This document shows, piece by piece, positions 36,306-41,251 of a stretch of DNA of 41,251 nucleotides. Position numbers and translations under genes: made by a program. The notes under the pieces were generated by a model. That model saw only the letters and a program-made list of their open reading frames with translations. It did not search any database and was not told the DNA's origin. This DNA comes from Bacteroidales bacterium (lineage in GTDB: Bacteria; Bacteroidota; Bacteroidia; Bacteroidales; UBA7332). Location of the stretch: positions 1 to 41,251 of the forward strand of contig JBOFIZ010000396.1 of the NCBI GenBank assembly GCA_051650425.1, given 5' to 3'. How positions within the stretch are numbered: position 1 is the stretch's first letter; each line of letters opens with the position of its first letter.

Positions 36306-37139
36306 TTACGCGTTTGGTGAATGTCCGTTTTCTAAAATAAATTTTTTAACAACATGGGCTATCCCGTCTTCATCATTAGATAACGTGATATAATCAGATA
36401 CATTTTTAACTGCATCCTGAGCATTTGCCATTGCTACTCCCAATCCGGCAAATTCGACCATAGTCAGATCATTATAGCCATCACCACAAGCAATCATTTC
36501 TTCTTTTGTCAACGACAAATGATCTAATAACCGCTGGAGTGACTGAGCTTTATCGATATTTTGTGGCATCAATTCAAGAAAGAAAGGTTCTGAACGATAT
36601 ATGCTCATTTCTTCGCCATATTTCGACTGCATCTTCTTTTCAAGAATTGCTAATTCTTCCTGATTACCTACAATCAAACATTTAGGTAAACTTCGTGGTA
36701 CTGCACTCAAAAAACAAGAAACTTCTTTTACTGCCATCTTATTAAGATGCGCCTCAACGCCTACATATTTATCATCCTTGTTCTCGGTAATGATATGATC
36801 ATCCTTGTAAGAAAGAATTGTAAAGCCATGATCTTTTGCTTCATTATATAGTCCGGGAACTACATGATTTGGCAAAACAGATTCGTAAACAGTTTCTTTG
36901 GTCTCCCAGTTAATAATTGTACCGCCATTGAAAGAAAGAATGTACCCTCCATAATGCTCTATCCCAAGTTCCTGTGCAATAGGCACAATTCCATAGGTAG
37001 GCCTGCCGGAAGCTAATACTATCTTCACTCCATTTTTCTGAGCTTCAATAAGCGTCTTTTTATTCTCTTCGGACACCTCTTTCTTCGAGTTAGTCAGTGT
37101 ACCATCCAAGTCTAAAACCAATATTTTATATTTCTGCAT
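36306..37139 (-). CDS. Cof-type HAD-IIB family phosphatase
   Basis: Motif I LVLDLDGTLTN, motif II ASGRP, motif IV CGDGYNDLTM. I prefer the ATG at 37139 (MQKYKILVLDLDG). The ORF-track start at 37178 is a TTG that overlaps a promoter-like box. Confidence 0.9.
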   Translation of the reverse strand: MQKYKILVLDLDGTLTNSKKEVSEENKKTLIEAQKNGVKIVLASGRPTYGIVPIAQELGIEHYGGYILSFNGGTIINWETKETVYESVLPNHVVPGLYNEAKDHGFTILSYKDDHIITENKDDKYVGVEAHLNKMAVKEVSCFLSAVPRSLPKCLIVGNQEELAILEKKMQSKYGEEMSIYRSEPFFLELMPQNIDKAQSLQRLLDHLSLTKEEMIACGDGYNDLTMVEFAGLGVAMANAQDAVKNVSDYITLSNDEDGIAHVVKKFILENGHSPNA

Positions 37140-37175
37140 GTGGTATATAAAATCTAACTTTTGTTGATTGGGCTG

Positions 37176-37183
37176 CAAATATA
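37176..37183 (-). promoter_or_regulatory. candidate -7 box (TATATTTG on the minus strand) for the Cof-type hydrolase gene
   Basis: The plus strand reads CAAATATA, 37 nt upstream of the ATG at 37139. Confidence 0.35.
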
Positions 37184-37254
37184 CAAATAGTTATGATAAA
37201 TACAAAATTCAGACACTGTTTATTTCCACTATAAACAACTAAAATCCAGCAAGA

Positions 37255-37935
37255 TCATCCCAATTCGTAAATCTTACGAAGAGCATCGGCATTACAGATC
37301 CTTACTGATTTATCTTTAAGCTCAATATATCCATCTGCTTCGAAACTTTTAAGTACACGAATCAGATTCTCGGCAGTAATTGATGAAAACTCAGCTAAAT
37401 CTTTACGCGTCAATACATCGAACAAATCACCATTATCAAATGCTGAGAGATATAACAGAGAACCTGCAACCTTACCATGCATTTGTTTATATATCTGATC
37501 ATTCAGAAGTGTGAAAAAATTCTGTTCCATAGCACTATAGCGTTGTACCAGCTGAAAACCTACCTGTGCATTTGTCTTTATAAGATTCAGGATAAAATCT
37601 TTATCAAATAAGCAAATCGTTACATCTGTCATAGCGGCAATCGAATATGGCATTTTATCGCTACTGAATAAAGTTGACAATGCTAAAAAATCCCCCGATC
37701 CTACAACTCTTAAACTAGTTTTTTTCGAGTTCGGACCTTCTATAAACTCTTTTACGAATCCCTCTAAAACAAACATAATCCCTGATGAAAAGACTCCTTG
37801 CTTCAATAACATATCTCCTTTACGATAGCTTACCTGTGTCTTATGCTTAATCAGTTCGTTGAGCTCATCAGGTGATAACGAACTAAAACATTTTGCTCCT
37901 TTATTTATGACGGGAAAATTAAAATTGCCTTCCAT
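37255..37935 (-). CDS. Crp/Fnr-family transcriptional regulator
   Basis: cNMP-binding-like beta-roll (YRKGDMLLKQGVFSSGIMFVLEGFVKEF). C-terminal HTH RKDLAEFSSITAENLIRVLKSFEADGYIEL. No N-terminal Cys cluster. I prefer the ATG at 37935 (MEGNFNF...); the ORF-track start at 37965 is a TTG. Confidence 0.88.
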   Translation of the reverse strand: MEGNFNFPVINKGAKCFSSLSPDELNELIKHKTQVSYRKGDMLLKQGVFSSGIMFVLEGFVKEFIEGPNSKKTSLRVVGSGDFLALSTLFSSDKMPYSIAAMTDVTICLFDKDFILNLIKTNAQVGFQLVQRYSAMEQNFFTLLNDQIYKQMHGKVAGSLLYLSAFDNGDLFDVLTRKDLAEFSSITAENLIRVLKSFEADGYIELKDKSVRICNADALRKIYELG

Positions 37936-37962
37936 ATATTCTGAATTTGAATTCCTAGATAA

Positions 37963-37970
37963 CAAATATA
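37963..37970 (-). promoter_or_regulatory. candidate -7 box (TATATTTG on the minus strand) for the crp/fnr-like gene
   Basis: The plus strand reads CAAATATA, 28 nt upstream of the ATG at 37935. It overlaps the TTG start used by the ORF track. Confidence 0.35.
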
Positions 37971-38077
37971 TAATTTATCAGTAAATAATTTAAACCTCTA
38001 TCTGACAAATAGAAAAGCATATAGAATCAAATTGTTTCGTAAATATTATTTAACGCAATAAAAACATGAAAACTTTA

Positions 38078-38106
38078 TTTGTTTTTGAAGTTTTTCCATA
38101 CATTTG
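38078..38106 (+). promoter_or_regulatory. candidate -33 TTTG / -7 TACATTTG promoter for the tetR-efflux operon
   Basis: TACATTTG at 38099-38106 lies 25 nt upstream of the ATG at 38131. TTTG at 38078-38081 lies 21 nt upstream of the TA, which is the spacing expected for Bacteroides-type promoters. It overlaps the TTG start of the ORF-track version. Confidence 0.4.
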
Positions 38107-38130
38107 CCTCCGTCAAGTATTTCTAAAAAT

Positions 38131-38745
38131 ATGAATTTAAACGAAAGAATTATTGAAGTCGCCTTCGAACAATTTGCACTTAATGGTATTAAGTCAGTAA
38201 CAATGGACGAAATTGCGCGACACATGGGAATCTCAAAACGAACTTTATACGAAAACTTCAAGGACAAAGAAAGCCTTGTTCGTGAATGTATGAGTTTGTG
38301 TTCTATTAAAGGAGAGGAAAACAGAGAACAGGCAATGAAAGATGCTACAAATGTACTGGAGCTATTCTTTTTATTTATCGAAAATGTCTCTGTGTATTTC
38401 AAAAGTTTCAATCGAAATTTTTTCCGTGACCTAAAAAAGTATCACCCACAGGTTTTTTCAGATTATGAAATTGCTCAGAATCAAAAAACAGGAAGCATGA
38501 TTAAAATGCTAACACAGGGAGTTGATGAAGGATTAATCCGAAAAGACATAAATCCAGAACTGGCTATGCTATTACTTAAAAGTCAATTCGAATTTCTATG
38601 GTTTTCAGATCTACCTGTTGCCAGAAATTTCTCAATTGTTGAAACAGTCGAAACAATGATTATGATCTTTATTCGTGGAATATCAACCGAAAAAGGCTTA
38701 ATGCTTATAGATGATTATTACTCAAAAAAGGGAATTCAAAAATAG
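38131..38745 (+). CDS. TetR/AcrR-family transcriptional regulator
   Basis: N-terminal HTH IIEVAFEQFALNGIKSVTMDEIARHMGISKRTLYENFKDKESLV. Located immediately upstream of the TolC-MFP-RND genes. Confidence 0.92.
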   Translation: MNLNERIIEVAFEQFALNGIKSVTMDEIARHMGISKRTLYENFKDKESLVRECMSLCSIKGEENREQAMKDATNVLELFFLFIENVSVYFKSFNRNFFRDLKKYHPQVFSDYEIAQNQKTGSMIKMLTQGVDEGLIRKDINPELAMLLLKSQFEFLWFSDLPVARNFSIVETVETMIMIFIRGISTEKGLMLIDDYYSKKGIQK

Positions 38746-38762
38746 AATTTATAATTGGACAG

Positions 38763-40169
38763 ATGAATATGAAGTATCAAAGATGGATTAAACGTGGCGG
38801 ATTTGTTGCTTTTCTGTGTCTTAGCTCTTTAGTGCTTAAGGCTCAAGATCAAGAGCAGAATCTGAAACTGACTTTAGAACAAGCGCTAGAAATAGCACTT
38901 ACTGAAAGTCCGACTATTCAAATAGCTGATAAACAAATTGAAATCAAACGCTTTGCTAAAAAGGAAAAGATAGGCAATCTTTTACCCAACATTAGTGGAA
39001 ATGGTTCATATCAGCGAACACTTAAAAAACAAAAGTTTGTATTTGGCGGAGGTATGCCCGGAGCCGGGGGTGATTCAGAATCAGGAGATAATGCTCCTGC
39101 TGCAGTTGAAGTTGGTATGTCCAACAGCTTTTCGGCAGGTTTCAATATTGCATTACCTATAGTTGCTCCAAGTCTTTGGAAAAATGTTCAGCTTGGAACA
39201 ATTGATATTGAAAAAGCATACGAATCGTCCAGACAATCCCGATTAAATATGGTCAAAGAAGTTCAGGATGCATATTATAATGTTCTTCTGGCTGAGGATT
39301 CTTATGACGTAATTCTTAAAAGTTACAACCAGGCTAAATCAAATGCACAGATCACAGCTGAACAATTGAAACAAGGAGTTGTATCTGAATATGATTTAAT
39401 TCGCGCAGAAGTGCAAGTAAAAAATATGGAACCTAATCTGCTTCAGGCCGAAAGTGCAGTTGCTCTTTCCCGCCTGAAATTAGCAACACTTCTAGGATTG
39501 GAAAATATGAAGATCGAAACCACGGGTTCTCTTAATGAGTACAAGAAAGATATGTATGCTGTTGCTTTAACTGGTGAAGAAAATCTTGAAAATAATACAT
39601 CGTTACGCCAATTGGATTTGGAAATGAAGTTCATGAAAAAGACTTTACAAATGCAACACTTCATGCATATACCTACATTAGCGGCTAGCTTTAACTACTC
39701 GTATAATGCTATGGCTGACGATTTTAAATTTAAGAATTACAACTGGTTCCCATTTTCGACAATTGGGCTTACACTTCAGATACCAATTTTTGAAGGGGGA
39801 GTAAAATACTATCAACAAAAGCAAACCCGGACAGGAATTCAAACTTTAGCACTTCAGCGAATTGATACTAAACGTAATCTGAACATGCAATTACAAAATG
39901 CCAAAGATCAGATCAATCGCACAGTGAAGCAAATCGAAAGCACCGATGGTGGAGTAGAAATGGCTCAAAAAGGTCTGACTATCGCGCGCAAACGATATGA
40001 AACAGGAATGGGAACATTCATTGAATTAAATGATGCCGAAATAGCATTACTTCAAGCTGAGCTTCAAAGGAATCAGGCTATTTTTGAATACCTAAGTGCT
40101 AAAACTGCACTTGAAAATATTTTGGGCACTTTTGATTATACATCTTATACCCAAGATAAAGAGAATTAG
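38763..40169 (+). CDS. TolC-family outer membrane efflux protein
   Basis: Signal peptide ...LVLKAQD. Two OEP repeats (LTLEQALEIALTESPTIQIA...). 468 aa. Confidence 0.9.
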   Translation: MNMKYQRWIKRGGFVAFLCLSSLVLKAQDQEQNLKLTLEQALEIALTESPTIQIADKQIEIKRFAKKEKIGNLLPNISGNGSYQRTLKKQKFVFGGGMPGAGGDSESGDNAPAAVEVGMSNSFSAGFNIALPIVAPSLWKNVQLGTIDIEKAYESSRQSRLNMVKEVQDAYYNVLLAEDSYDVILKSYNQAKSNAQITAEQLKQGVVSEYDLIRAEVQVKNMEPNLLQAESAVALSRLKLATLLGLENMKIETTGSLNEYKKDMYAVALTGEENLENNTSLRQLDLEMKFMKKTLQMQHFMHIPTLAASFNYSYNAMADDFKFKNYNWFPFSTIGLTLQIPIFEGGVKYYQQKQTRTGIQTLALQRIDTKRNLNMQLQNAKDQINRTVKQIESTDGGVEMAQKGLTIARKRYETGMGTFIELNDAEIALLQAELQRNQAIFEYLSAKTALENILGTFDYTSYTQDKEN

Positions 40170-40194
40170 AAAACTTAAGAGATTATAAAAGAAT

Positions 40195-41199
40195 ATGAAG
40201 AGAATGAGATTTATTCCTCTGGCACTACTTATTGCTGTTGCATCTTGTAGCGAGAAAAAAGTAGAGGAAACAAAAGAAGAAGTTTATCCGGTAAATGTTG
40301 AGCAAGTCAATATGCAAACCGTTGAACAGATTTACGATTTCACAGCAACTGTTCAACCATATAAGAAGAACCTTATCGGATCAGCTCAACCTAATCGTAT
40401 CAAAAAAATATTTGTAGAAGTAGGTGATCGCGTAAGAAAAGGTCAGAAACTGGTTGAGATGGATGCGGTGAACCGTAGTCAGCAAAAAACTCAGTTAGAA
40501 ACATTCGAACGTGACTATAATCGTATGAAAGAATTATATGCTGTAGGCGGTGCTTCTAAACAACAATTGGATCAGGCACAAGCCCAATATGATGTTGCAA
40601 AAGATGCATTCAGTCTATTAGACGAAAACACTGATTTAGTTAGTCCTATTGACGGTATTGTAACAGAACGTAATTACGATCCGGGAGATTTATATAACGG
40701 ACAACAATCTATTTTGACTGTTATGCAAATCCAACCTGTGAAACTTCTTATCCATGTATCAGAACAACTTTACTCAAAAATAAAAGAAGGCATGCCCGTT
40801 GACGTAAAACTTGACGTTTACGGAGATGAAAACTTCAAAGGTAAAGTAAATTTGATTTACCCGACCATTGATGAAACAACACGCACATTTACTGTAGAAG
40901 TTCTGTTGCCAAATGCGAATAGCAAAGTAAGGCCTGGTATGTTTGCCCGTGTTATTTTACCAACCGAACAAATTGAGCGCATTGTCGTATCTGACAAAGC
41001 TGTTGTTAAGCAAAGTGGTTCTAATGAGCGATTTGTATACGTACTTGACGGTAATAACGTAAAACACACAAAAGTAAATATCGGACGCAGATTAGGTGAT
41101 CGCTATGAGATTATTGACGGACTTGAAGCCGGACAAACTGTCGTTGTAAACGGAACAGCTCGTTTAGTAGACGGTTCATTAGTTGAAGTAAAACAATAA
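40195..41199 (+). CDS. RND efflux periplasmic adaptor (MFP) lipoprotein
   Basis: Lipobox AVASC. Lipoyl hairpin VGDRVRKGQKLVEMD and SPIDGIVTERN. Beta-barrel and membrane-proximal domains. Confidence 0.9.
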   Translation: MKRMRFIPLALLIAVASCSEKKVEETKEEVYPVNVEQVNMQTVEQIYDFTATVQPYKKNLIGSAQPNRIKKIFVEVGDRVRKGQKLVEMDAVNRSQQKTQLETFERDYNRMKELYAVGGASKQQLDQAQAQYDVAKDAFSLLDENTDLVSPIDGIVTERNYDPGDLYNGQQSILTVMQIQPVKLLIHVSEQLYSKIKEGMPVDVKLDVYGDENFKGKVNLIYPTIDETTRTFTVEVLLPNANSKVRPGMFARVILPTEQIERIVVSDKAVVKQSGSNERFVYVLDGNNVKHTKVNIGRRLGDRYEIIDGLEAGQTVVVNGTARLVDGSLVEVKQ

Positions 41200-41211
41200 G
41201 CAAATCAGAAT

Positions 41212-41251
41212 ATGAGTATATACGCTACCGCCGTCAAGAAACCAATTACTA
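41212..41251 (+). CDS. RND efflux permease, first 13 codons only (runs off the right edge)
   Basis: The ATG at 41212 gives MSIYATAVKKPIT, the stereotyped AcrB-family N-terminus. It lies 12 nt after the adaptor gene. Absent from the ORF track because it is truncated. Confidence 0.7.
   Translation, partial: MSIYATAVKKPIT

Noticed and set aside
38046-38411. 121-aa ORF on the minus strand
   Set aside because: It lies entirely antisense to the well-supported TetR gene and its promoter region. The low-complexity translation has no motif. It is a typical shadow ORF.

Overview
This is a 41.2-kb AT-rich chromosomal segment from a member of the Bacteroidota. The evidence for that placement is a SusC/SusD pair, many lipoprotein-type signal peptides, TAnnTTTG-type -7 boxes and tightly packed operons.

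I call 31 protein-coding genes. Two of them run off the window edges and are therefore missing from the ORF track: an RND permease at 1..1489 (-) and another at 41212..41251 (+).

Gene content, left to right:
- An MFP-RND-TolC-RND efflux operon (-) and a 67-aa orphan ORF.
- A GH20 beta-hexosaminidase.
- A four-gene minus-strand cluster: hemerythrin-like protein, LuxR regulator with a degenerate receiver, EamA transporter, DsrE-like protein.
- A PadR / PspC-domain / VanZ module.
- rfbC plus an anaerobic sulfatase maturase.
- A catalytically degenerate LytM protein, then dxr and rseP.
- A 926-bp ORF-free spacer followed by an isolated SusC/SusD pair.
- A DbpA-type DEAD-box helicase, a TrmH methyltransferase and a lipoprotein.
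- A 1772-aa thioester-less alpha-2-macroglobulin-like protein.
- A CAT-like acetyltransferase, a Cof phosphatase and a Crp/Fnr regulator.
- A TetR-TolC-MFP-RND efflux operon.

I saw no rRNA or tRNA genes, CRISPR arrays, transposases, integrases or phage genes. I do not see a convincing, complete novel multi-gene system.

The best leads are:
1. The repeat- and palindrome-dense, G-depleted spacer upstream of the orphan susCD pair. It holds three phased 22-bp repeats built on ATACGTAT, a 22-bp CG-core palindrome, and three GAACACAA repeats in the leader.
2. The hemerythrin / pseudo-receiver LuxR / EamA / DsrE-like cluster.
3. The PadR-PspC-VanZ module.
4. The orphan giant A2M-like protein.

All functional calls rest on motif recognition by eye. 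No database search was run.
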